This document shows, one piece after another, positions 9,073 through 16,436 of a stretch of DNA of 64,000 bases. The DNA comes from Verrucomicrobia bacterium UBA1200 (GTDB lineage Bacteria > Verrucomicrobiota > Kiritimatiellia > RFP12 > UBA1067). The translations under genes were made by a program, and so were the position numbers. How positions within the stretch are numbered: position 1 is the first letter of the stretch; every line of letters begins with the position of its first letter. The notes beneath the pieces are model-generated. The model was not told the DNA's origin, made no database searches, and saw nothing but the letters and a program-made list of their open reading frames with translations. The stretch lies in NCBI GenBank assembly GCA_002309765.1, contig DBXY01000017.1, positions 52,820 to 116,819 on the forward strand, in the 5' to 3' direction.

Positions 9073-10347
9073 CTATTCCCACTCGATGGTGGCCGGCGGC
9101 TTGCTGGTGATGTCGTACACCACCCGGTTTACCTGCGGCACCCGGGCCGTAATCTGCTCGGAAACCCGCTCCAACAAATCCATCGGCAGCTTCACGAATT
9201 TGGCGGTCATGAAGTCCACCGTGGTAACCGCGCGCAGCGCCACCGTGTAGGCGTAGGTGCGGGCATCGTTGGAAACCCCTACCGAACGGTTGGCGGTCAG
9301 CACCGCAAAATACTGGCTGCAGGGCGATCCCTGCAAACCGGCGGCAACGATCTCGCCGCGGAAAATCGCGTCCACCTCGCGCAGGATGTCCAGCTTGTCC
9401 TTGGTCAGCTCGCCAATGCAGCGCACACCCAGCCCCGGACCCGGGAAAGGCTGGCGGAACGCGATGGTCGAAGGAATCCCCAACGCCGTGGCGACTTTGC
9501 GGATTTCGTCCTTGAACAGATACTTCACCGGCTCAACCAGTCCCTTGAAATCAATCTTCTCCGGCAAACCGCCCACGTTGTGGTGGGCCTTAACCTGCTT
9601 GCCGCCGTCCCAACCCGATTCGATGATGTCCGGGTAGATGGTGCCCTGGATCAGGTATTCCGGATTGCCGGCCGCCTTGGCCTCTTCCTCGAACACCCGG
9701 ATAAACTCCTCGCCGATGATCTTGCGCTTCCGCTCCGGATCGGTAACCCCGGCCAGCTTGGCCAAAAATCTGGCCTCGGCGTCCACCGAGCGCAGACCGA
9801 TGCCGAACTGGTCGCGGAACACCCGCGCCACCTCTTCCGGCTCGCCCTTGCGCATCAAACCGTGATCCACAAACACGCAGGTCAGCCGGTCGCCCAGCGC
9901 TTTGTGCGCCAGCACCGCGCAAACCGAAGAATCCACACCGCCGGACATCGCCAGCAACGCACGGCCTTCGCCCACCTGCGCCCGGATCGATTCCACCGCC
10001 TCCTCGATGAACGCCTCGGTAGTCCAATCCCTGCTGATGCCGCACATCTGGGTGAAGAAATCCTGCATCGCGTTGTCGTCGTAATTCGGCGCGCCCATGT
10101 CAAGGATCGGGAGCCCCATCGCCGCCACATCCGCCGCCGGTTCCCGCCCCAGCGTAGCCTCGCCGCACTGCTTGCCGCGCTGGAACACAATGCTCTTCGG
10201 CTTCAGAGCCAAAATCCGCTCGGCGCTGGCGGTGTAGGGCAGCACCTCGCAATAGATGTTCATGTTGCGGATCCGCTTGGCGGCGGCCTGACTGTTGATG
10301 GCGCCGAAGTCCAGCACCACCACGGTATCGTGCGTTTTTTTGTCCAT
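9073..10347 (-). CDS. guaA: GMP synthase, ATP-pyrophosphatase and dimerisation domains intact, N-terminal glutaminase domain truncated and degenerate
   Basis: 424 aa. SGGVDSSV P-loop, KAHHNVGGLP, FPGPGLGVR and the C-terminal KPPATIEWE are all GuaA hallmarks. Only about 105 aa precede the synthetase domain, versus about 200 in canonical GuaA. See finding. Confidence 0.9.
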   Translation of the reverse strand: MDKKTHDTVVVLDFGAINSQAAAKRIRNMNIYCEVLPYTASAERILALKPKSIVFQRGKQCGEATLGREPAADVAAMGLPILDMGAPNYDDNAMQDFFTQMCGISRDWTTEAFIEEAVESIRAQVGEGRALLAMSGGVDSSVCAVLAHKALGDRLTCVFVDHGLMRKGEPEEVARVFRDQFGIGLRSVDAEARFLAKLAGVTDPERKRKIIGEEFIRVFEEEAKAAGNPEYLIQGTIYPDIIESGWDGGKQVKAHHNVGGLPEKIDFKGLVEPVKYLFKDEIRKVATALGIPSTIAFRQPFPGPGLGVRCIGELTKDKLDILREVDAIFRGEIVAAGLQGSPCSQYFAVLTANRSVGVSNDARTYAYTVALRAVTTVDFMTAKFVKLPMDLLERVSEQITARVPQVNRVVYDITSKPPATIEWE

Positions 10348-10429
10348 CGTAAAATCCTTTCGCCCGGCACCGCGGCCGCGTCCACGCGGACGAGAAACCG
10401 CGGTATATAACCTGCCTTAAATAGGGGAA

Positions 10430-10459
10430 ATTTTACCGAAAAACGCCGTAAAAAGTCAA
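10430..10459 (-). promoter_or_regulatory. Sigma70-like promoter candidate for guaA (TTGACT-18-TAAAAT)
   Basis: The minus strand reads TTGACT (10454-10459), an 18-nt spacer, then TAAAAT (10430-10435). This lies about 85 nt upstream of the guaA ATG. The leader contains nested GC hairpins (CCGCGG...CCGCG-TGGA-CGCGG-CCGCGG). Confidence 0.4.
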
Positions 10460-10480
10460 TGCGAAATCAGCCGCAACGGG

Positions 10481-10520
10481 AAAAAGAAAACCCGCCCCCG
10501 GATTGCATCCGGAGCACGGG
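10481..10520 (-). terminator. Hairpin plus U-tract terminator after secG
   Basis: The minus strand reads ACCCGTGCTCCGGATGCAATCCGGGGGCGGGT followed by TTTTCTTTTT, starting about 30 nt after the secG stop. Confidence 0.5.
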
Positions 10521-10548
10521 TTTTAAAACATCGCCAAAAGCCGCGTTT

Positions 10549-11004
10549 CTAAGGCGCGGGCGTTGCCGGAACGGCGGGCTTTTCTGGAGCCGGGGTGGCC
10601 GGTGCCGCAGGAGCAGGAGCCGGAGCGGCTGGCGTTGCCGGAGCAGACGCAGCAGGAGCCGGCGCAGGCGCGGGGGCGGCATCCGAAGCCGGGGCCGAAG
10701 GCAGTTGCACCGGAGCGGCCGGGGCGGCTGGCGCCGCGGAACGCACCCCCTCCATCACCGAAGAGCTGCGGTGGGAGGTCAAGCGGGAAAGCACCAGGGT
10801 GTTCAAAAGAAAGATGCAGCCCAACACCACCGTGGTCTTGGTCAACACATTGCCCATCTGGGCGCCGAACATTGATTCGCCCATTCCGCCGCCCATCGCC
10901 ACGTTCAGCCCGCCGTCTTTCGGCTTTTGCAACATCACCACGCCGCCAAGCAGCAGGCAAACAATGACTTCAAACACATAAAGGCAGTTAATCAAAATAG
11001 CCAT
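10549..11004 (-). CDS. secG: Preprotein translocase subunit SecG with a long Ala/Pro-rich C-terminal tail
   Basis: 151 aa. The first 76 aa or so match the SecG layout: TM1 and the LLQKPKDGG loop, FGAQMGNVLTKTT, then TM2. About 75 aa of (A/P)-rich low complexity follow. Confidence 0.82.
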   Translation of the reverse strand: MAILINCLYVFEVIVCLLLGGVVMLQKPKDGGLNVAMGGGMGESMFGAQMGNVLTKTTVVLGCIFLLNTLVLSRLTSHRSSSVMEGVRSAAPAAPAAPVQLPSAPASDAAPAPAPAPAASAPATPAAPAPAPAAPATPAPEKPAVPATPAP

Positions 11005-11107
11005 AATCCTCTTCTCCTCAATTGGGAGTGGTATTTATAACAAATCTTGTACCCGAAAAGCAAGCGCAAAAACGCGCCGCACGCAAAATTTTCCAAGCAA
11101 CCGATTT

Positions 11108-11890
11108 TTACAGCAACACCGACACCAACAATCCGACCAAGACGCAGTAAACCCCGAACACCCAGAAGTAGCCGCTTTTGAGGGTCTTCACCAGCAGCGA
11201 AAGCGCCACAAAACCGATCACCGCCGCCAACCCCGCGCCGAACCAGATCTGCCATTCGGGAATCGAGGAGGGCGGGGCGTCATGACTAAAACTGCGGATT
11301 AAGTCCAGTAAAGCGCCCCCGGCCAACAGCGGCAGCGACATCAGGAAGGAAAACTCAGCAGCCTCTTCCGGCTTGACTTCCGTCATCCTGGCGGCGGCAA
11401 TGGTCATCCCGGAACGGCTGACGCCCGGAAGGATTGCAAACGCCTGCGCCAACCCGATCACCAACGCGCGCGGCGCGTTCACCGAGCTGCCGCCATGCCG
11501 GATCCAGCGCAGAAACAGCAAAATGACCCCGGTGAACACCAGAAAACCGCCAACCGCTTTAGGCTGCTCGTAAAACGCCTCAATCCGGTCCTTGAACGGG
11601 AAATAAATCAGGATTGCGGGAATGGCGGAAAGCACAATGTAACCGGCCAAACGCAATTGCTCCCGCTGAAAGCGCAAGCAGCCGAGAACCAAACGCGCCA
11701 ACGCCGCCCGATAGTAAACCACAATCGACGCCAGCGTCCCGAGATGGAGCATCACCTCCAGCCGGATACCCGGCTCGTTCACCCCCAGCAGCCGTTGGGC
11801 AATCACCAAATGGCCGGAACTGCTGATCGGCAGAAACTCGGCCACCCCCTGCAGCACCGCCAGCAATGCCACGTTAACCGCATTGTCCAT
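11108..11890 (-). CDS. uppP: Undecaprenyl-diphosphate phosphatase
   Basis: Start at ATG 11890 (MDNAVNVALLAVLQGVAEFLPISSSGHL, the BacA/UppP signature), with GGAGG upstream. The track's longer ORF (to 12046) translates through the tRNA gene. Confidence 0.92.
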   Translation of the reverse strand: MDNAVNVALLAVLQGVAEFLPISSSGHLVIAQRLLGVNEPGIRLEVMLHLGTLASIVVYYRAALARLVLGCLRFQREQLRLAGYIVLSAIPAILIYFPFKDRIEAFYEQPKAVGGFLVFTGVILLFLRWIRHGGSSVNAPRALVIGLAQAFAILPGVSRSGMTIAAARMTEVKPEEAAEFSFLMSLPLLAGGALLDLIRSFSHDAPPSSIPEWQIWFGAGLAAVIGFVALSLLVKTLKSGYFWVFGVYCVLVGLLVSVLL

Positions 11891-11908
11891 AAAGACCGCC
11901 TCCGAGAT

Positions 11909-11936
11909 AAAAAAAGACCGCCTTGGCGGCGGTCTT
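11909..11936 (-). terminator. Rho-independent terminator downstream of tRNA-Asp
   Basis: The minus strand reads AAGACCGCC-GCCAA-GGCGGTCTT followed by TTTTT. It sits between the tRNA 3' end (11943) and the uppP start. Confidence 0.65.
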
Positions 11937-11942
11937 AAAAAA

Positions 11943-12019
11943 TGGCGGGGTCGACGGGATTCGAACCCGCGACCACCGGATCGACAGTCCGGTGCGCTAA
12001 CCAATTGCGCCACAACCCC
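11943..12019 (-). tRNA. tRNA-Asp (anticodon GTC), CCA encoded
   Basis: A 77-nt cloverleaf folded by hand. Acceptor GGGGTTG/CGACCCC, D arm GCGC-AATTGGTTA-GCGC, anticodon arm CCGGA-CTGTCGA-TCCGG, T arm GCGGG-TTCGAAT-CCCGT, discriminator G, then CCA. Confidence 0.95.
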
Positions 12020-12036
12020 GCAAAAAAGTGAACATA

Positions 12037-12065
12037 AATTTATCAAAACGGAGCGGTAAATGCAA
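12037..12065 (-). promoter_or_regulatory. Sigma70-like promoter candidate for tRNA-Asp (TTGCAT-17-TAAATT)
   Basis: -35 at 12060-12065 and -10 at 12037-12042 on the minus strand. The -10 ends 17 nt before the mature tRNA 5' end. It overlaps a 13-bp tandem duplication (AGCGGTAAATGCA x2, 12052-12077). Confidence 0.4.
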
Positions 12066-12097
12066 GCGGTAAATGCATTATTTTTTAAAATTGTGCG

Positions 12098-12526
12098 TCA
12101 ACCCTGTTTTGGCTCGCTGGGTCTTGCCCACAACTTGAAACCGGTACCCACAAACTGGGCGATATCGCGTCCGGAGTCGTCGGTCACATCCACGTTCACC
12201 ACGCACGAATTTCTTCCGTCCCGCTTGTAGCGGGCTGTCGCAATCAACCGTCCGCTCTTCGCAGGCGCAAGATAGTTGATGCTTACCTGCTGGGCGACCG
12301 TTACCCGGGTGCGGTCGTTCGAAAGCGCCGCGAACGCATAATCCGCCAAGGTGAAGATGGCCCCGCCCATAACCCCGCCAAAGGCGTTGCGGTGCCGTTC
12401 GGTCAGGGTAAGACTGCATACCGCATGGTTTTCGTCCAACTCGTCCAGTGTCATCCCGTTATCGGAGGCAAACCGGTCTTTGGAAAAATAGTCTCTCGCC
12501 TCTTCAAGTGTTTTGAAACTCCCCAT
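12098..12526 (-). CDS. PaaI-family (hotdog fold) thioesterase
   Basis: About 142 aa from ATG 12526, with AAAGGAA 7 nt upstream. Motifs HRNAFGGVMGGAIFTLADYAFA and the overall length are typical of PaaI/YbgC-type hotdog thioesterases. Confidence 0.78.
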   Translation of the reverse strand: MGSFKTLEEARDYFSKDRFASDNGMTLDELDENHAVCSLTLTERHRNAFGGVMGGAIFTLADYAFAALSNDRTRVTVAQQVSINYLAPAKSGRLIATARYKRDGRNSCVVNVDVTDDSGRDIAQFVGTGFKLWARPSEPKQG

Positions 12527-12563
12527 GGCAGGTTCCTTTCTCAAGTTCCTGGCTTTTGACGCG

Positions 12564-15014
12564 CTATCGCGTAAGCTTAAACACGTTTAACGATAACGGC
12601 GGCAATGTCTCGTCCACAATACCCGCCTTTACGGCGGCGGTCCCGGACGCTTCCTTCAACGCCTCGCGGTCGAGCGGATTGTTACACGCTTTGCCGCCCG
12701 GACCGGTGAACCAGATTTTCTTCGCGGAGGAAATCTTCGCTCCGGCAAGCGATATCTTCAAAGGCTGCGGATTCTCGGAGCAGTTGACCGCCTTGACGAT
12801 AATCGAACCGTCCGCATCGCGTACGGCCGACGCCTGCACGGCGCGGCAAGACTTACCGTCTTTCGTTTTCATCCAGCGCACCGTCTGGTCGAATGCCAAC
12901 ACCTCGCGGCCGCGATTCTCGCTAAAGAGTTTCTGCACGTTCCAGCTGGGGTTAACAAAATTTCCGTCAGGCAGCGTGTATATCAGGTCGGGTGTCCACG
13001 ACGTATGTTTCGCGTTCGCGAAGAGCGGCGCGTAGGCGGCGAGTTTCACCACATCCGCGTTGCGTTCCAGCCCGCACATGAACGCTGCCTCCCCAATGGC
13101 GGAGCGGAGGTCGCCCCAACGCCCCACATCCTGCGTTACGGCGTATTCGCCCACGAACACCTCAAACTCGCCGCGGGGATAGTTGTCGTAAAGCTTGGAT
13201 CCAATTGACATGAACCAGTCGGGCGATTTGTAATAATGCTCGTCCCGGATGTGCTGCGGTCTTCCCTTAACCGGCCCGCCCCACAAATCGGAGACGATCT
13301 TGATTTCCGGGTATTTCGCACGCACCGCGTCGTGGATAAGGGCGTACCGTTCATGATACGCGTCGCCGCCGTTTTCATTGCCGATTTCAAGATATTCAAG
13401 GTTGAAAGGCGCGGGATGCCCGTTCGCGGCGCGGACCGCGCCCCATTTGGAGGTGGCGGGGCCGTTCGCGTATTCAATGCAGTCAAGAGCGTCCTGCACG
13501 AATTCGCCCATTTTGTCGAGCGGCACGTTTTCCTTGTGGCTCATGCCGCAGTTGATGCAGAACAACGCTTTCGCCCCAAGCTCCTCGCAGAGCACAAGAT
13601 ATTCGTGGAAACCTACGCCGTTTGCCGACCAGTATCCCCAGATGTTCCACTGGGTGCGTCGATCCCATATGTTGCCAATGGTTTGTTTCCAGCGGTACGC
13701 CTCGGCCATCGTGTTGCCTTCCACCCAGCAACCGCCGGGAAAACGCACGAACGACGGCTTTAGCGCGGCAAGGCGCTCCATGAGATCTTTGCGGAAAAGT
13801 CCGCTTTTCCCATAGGTGTCCCGCGGAAAGAGCGAAACGCAGTCGAGGTAGAATGTCCCGCCCTGCGGCGCGGTGAAGACGAGTTTTGCGTCCGGGTCCG
13901 TATCCGTCGCGGCTAACCGCAGGTTGAACGTTTTCCACTCCGGCCCAACGCCGCTTATCGCGCCGGACGCGAGCGTCTTTCCCAGAGTTTTCAGCGACAC
14001 TTCGACGTCGCCCTTCACGTCGCCGCGCATCGCGACCGACAGACTGTACTCCGCCCCCGCCTGCACCGCCATCCCGAAGTAGCCGTCATTTGCCACGCCG
14101 CCGCCGGGCAGGGCATCAACACGGCAACAGTTGCGATTCTTCTCGGAAATCGGTTTTGACGCGTCGAGCGATAGCGTGGCATGTCCCACGGTGTTCCAGA
14201 ATCCTACGGAGTTCTGCTTTCTGGTCCTTACGAGACCATCCTCGAAACTGCGGTTGCGGACAAGTTCCGCATACACGCCGCCATCGAGTGAGAGGTCGAT
14301 ATCCTCGAAAAAGATTCCCCACATGTCGTCGGAAACCGGGAACCGGACTTTATCGGGATCCACGACAATGCTGTTTTCGCCGTTGGCAAAGGAGACTTCC
14401 GGCACCTCAACGTTTTCAAGGATGTTCTTTCCGTCGAGCTTCATCGTCACGCGGTCGCCCTGGCAAGTCACCTCCAACTCGTACCACTTATCGGAGACGA
14501 TGGGTTCGTACTTCCCGGCTTTTTTCAGCGGTGTCGCAAAATCGTAGTCGCCTTTCGTTTCGATGGCATGCGCCGTGTTGAACCAGCCGCCGTAGTTGGC
14601 GTAGATGCATTGCGCGGGCGAACGTTCGCGCATGTGGAGGATGAACCCCTCCCTGCCAGATAAGCGGCGGGCCTTGACGCGGAGCGTGCAGTCCGTCCAC
14701 AACGGGTCGCCGAAAGACAAGGAGGTGTTGGTTACCGAGGCATCGCTTTGGCGCAGCACACCATCGACCACCGTCCACTTTCCCTCTTTTCCGACCGTAC
14801 ACTTCGCGGGATCCGGCAAACCGCTCCAAAGCGTTTTGCCATCTGGCGCGGTAACGGTAACATCCTTGAATTCGGCGGCGGTCAGCCATGTATGCAACGC
14901 AACCCGTCCGCATTTAACCGTAGCGTCTTGCGCAATTGCGCCAATTACGGTCATAACGACGAAAAACGCCACAAAGAATGTTCTAGCCTCAAGTGCAAAA
15001 AAACGTCTGTTCAT
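12564..15014 (-). CDS. Exported alpha-L-arabinofuranosidase (GH51) with an N-terminal lectin/DUF1080-like module
   Basis: 816 aa with a signal peptide. Catalytic-region motifs RFPGGCWVEGN, LEYLEIGNENGG (acid/base Glu) and VGEYAV match GH51. An N-terminal jelly-roll module of about 190 aa precedes it. Confidence 0.82.
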   Translation of the reverse strand: MNRRFFALEARTFFVAFFVVMTVIGAIAQDATVKCGRVALHTWLTAAEFKDVTVTAPDGKTLWSGLPDPAKCTVGKEGKWTVVDGVLRQSDASVTNTSLSFGDPLWTDCTLRVKARRLSGREGFILHMRERSPAQCIYANYGGWFNTAHAIETKGDYDFATPLKKAGKYEPIVSDKWYELEVTCQGDRVTMKLDGKNILENVEVPEVSFANGENSIVVDPDKVRFPVSDDMWGIFFEDIDLSLDGGVYAELVRNRSFEDGLVRTRKQNSVGFWNTVGHATLSLDASKPISEKNRNCCRVDALPGGGVANDGYFGMAVQAGAEYSLSVAMRGDVKGDVEVSLKTLGKTLASGAISGVGPEWKTFNLRLAATDTDPDAKLVFTAPQGGTFYLDCVSLFPRDTYGKSGLFRKDLMERLAALKPSFVRFPGGCWVEGNTMAEAYRWKQTIGNIWDRRTQWNIWGYWSANGVGFHEYLVLCEELGAKALFCINCGMSHKENVPLDKMGEFVQDALDCIEYANGPATSKWGAVRAANGHPAPFNLEYLEIGNENGGDAYHERYALIHDAVRAKYPEIKIVSDLWGGPVKGRPQHIRDEHYYKSPDWFMSIGSKLYDNYPRGEFEVFVGEYAVTQDVGRWGDLRSAIGEAAFMCGLERNADVVKLAAYAPLFANAKHTSWTPDLIYTLPDGNFVNPSWNVQKLFSENRGREVLAFDQTVRWMKTKDGKSCRAVQASAVRDADGSIIVKAVNCSENPQPLKISLAGAKISSAKKIWFTGPGGKACNNPLDREALKEASGTAAVKAGIVDETLPPLSLNVFKLTR

Positions 15015-15026
15015 ATGAACCCGCTC

Positions 15027-16364
15027 CTATTGGTAAAGACCGCTAACCAACAACAATCCTCGGCAGGAAGAAATCGGCACGGAGAACAAACCGTTGTCCC
15101 GGCGCTTTACCTCAACCTTCCCATTCCCGTCAAAAGCAATGGCGGATGCCGACTTAAACACCACTTCGAAATCCTTTTGATTCTGGTCGCACGGATCGTC
15201 AGCCGCCGTCACAAAAAGCGCCTTAGCGAACAACGTCGAACTACGGGCAACCATCTCCCCTACCAGTAGCGGCGCACCGTTTGAGGCACGCAACCCGGAG
15301 AATGGACCTACGTCAAGCGCATCGCATCGATTGAACGCAAGTGCGGGATTACGTTTCGACTTCTCAGGGAAACCGACGAAATGGGTGGCCACGGTTCTGA
15401 ACTTCATATACTCCGGACCAAGACGTTTCAACTCAGCGTTAATCTTTTGTAACTTCGCGTACTGCGGCGTTTGTTGTCCGGCATCGTCCAACACGTTGTT
15501 TATCCACCAACCTTTGCACCAGCAAGCCCAAGTAATCGCTTCTGCGCCGAAACTCATGGCCGCATAAGCTTGGAAACGAAGTTGATTTTCGCTTGTGTAT
15601 GGCAACCCTTTTCGTGAATTAACTTGCGGAATATACCAGAAAGAACGGTTCATGCGGCGGCATGGGCCAGAGACGTCGATGAAGTTGTCGTACATCTTCG
15701 AAATGAACCGGTCAATGTCCGAAGGTCCGGTATAGACATAGAAATCGTAGGAGATATAGTCGAGCGGCACATCACGGCAATAGGCGGCAATGTGCTCGGC
15801 GTAAGTTTTCGTCCCAAGCTGATTCACGGTCTGTTTGCCGGAATTTTCCGCGACACTCGCATAGTTTGGGTAGAGATTGAGATAAAGCGGCATCCCAGGG
15901 AGCGCCTTGTTCAACTGGCGCACCACCTCTCCGTAATACGGAAAATCGAGCGCCGACGGCTCATCGCCAATGTCCACCGCCCAAATCGCGGGATGGTCTT
16001 TAAACGAAGCGGCGGCAGCCGTGTATTTTTCAATAGGGTTAATCTCGCGCATCTTGCCGGCGCGCTCGCCATCACCACCCCACCAACCCGGAACCACCCC
16101 GTTCACAATCGCGCCAACCCCGTGTTTCGCAAAGAGGTCAAGCGTGGCACGGTCGGATGCGGGGACGCCGATTATGAAATCAACCCCGCAATCGCGGATC
16201 GCCTTCACATGCGCGTCCGTCCGAGCATTCGCCTGCAAACAATACGCCCCAATTAACAGTTTCGACCGATCCATTCGCGGTTTCAACGTACCGGTTTCGC
16301 CAGCTGCAGCTAACACATAAAAAAACATTGCCGCGCAACAAAACGCATTTGCCGTTGCGTTCAT
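15027..16364 (-). CDS. Exported TIM-barrel glycoside-hydrolase-like protein (GH42-like, family uncertain)
   Basis: Start at ATG 16364 (MNATANAFCCAAMFFYVLAAAG, signal-like). Motifs AIWAVDIGDEPS and QLRFQAYAAMSFGAEAITW resemble clan GH-A/GH42-like enzymes. 12-nt gap to the GH51 gene. Confidence 0.5.
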   Translation of the reverse strand: MNATANAFCCAAMFFYVLAAAGETGTLKPRMDRSKLLIGAYCLQANARTDAHVKAIRDCGVDFIIGVPASDRATLDLFAKHGVGAIVNGVVPGWWGGDGERAGKMREINPIEKYTAAAASFKDHPAIWAVDIGDEPSALDFPYYGEVVRQLNKALPGMPLYLNLYPNYASVAENSGKQTVNQLGTKTYAEHIAAYCRDVPLDYISYDFYVYTGPSDIDRFISKMYDNFIDVSGPCRRMNRSFWYIPQVNSRKGLPYTSENQLRFQAYAAMSFGAEAITWACWCKGWWINNVLDDAGQQTPQYAKLQKINAELKRLGPEYMKFRTVATHFVGFPEKSKRNPALAFNRCDALDVGPFSGLRASNGAPLLVGEMVARSSTLFAKALFVTAADDPCDQNQKDFEVVFKSASAIAFDGNGKVEVKRRDNGLFSVPISSCRGLLLVSGLYQ

Positions 16365-16436
16365 ATTCCCCCATTCCTTCCATCGAGCCAATTTCGGCGG
16401 CGATACGCGCGAACGCACATCCGCCGCCGATTCTGG

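Noticed and set aside
8948-9082. Upstream GTG-type start (9082) for the transglutaminase-like gene
   Set aside because: The extra 45 residues are Arg/Gly-rich and would overlap the guaA 3' end. The ATG at 8947 has a GGAGGA RBS and begins a textbook signal peptide.
9004-10410. 468-aa ORF on the plus strand
   Set aside because: It is antisense to guaA, whose product has unmistakable GMP synthase motifs. The composition is shadow-ORF-like.
10348-10429. Possible purine/guanine riboswitch in the guaA leader
   Set aside because: Only nested GC hairpins are present. The conserved three-way junction and the loop motifs of the purine riboswitch cannot be placed.
10560-10740. Repetitive GC-rich DNA that might be a CRISPR or other non-coding repeat
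   Set aside because: It is in frame with secG and encodes the Ala/Pro tail. There is no repeat-spacer periodicity. No CRISPR-like array exists anywhere in the window.
11891-12046. N-terminal extension of the uppP ORF in the track (start at 12046)
   Set aside because: The extension is the translation of the tRNA-Asp gene and its terminator (…GVVAQLVSAPDCRSGGRGFESRRP…). The UppP signature begins at the ATG at 11890, which has its own GGAGG.
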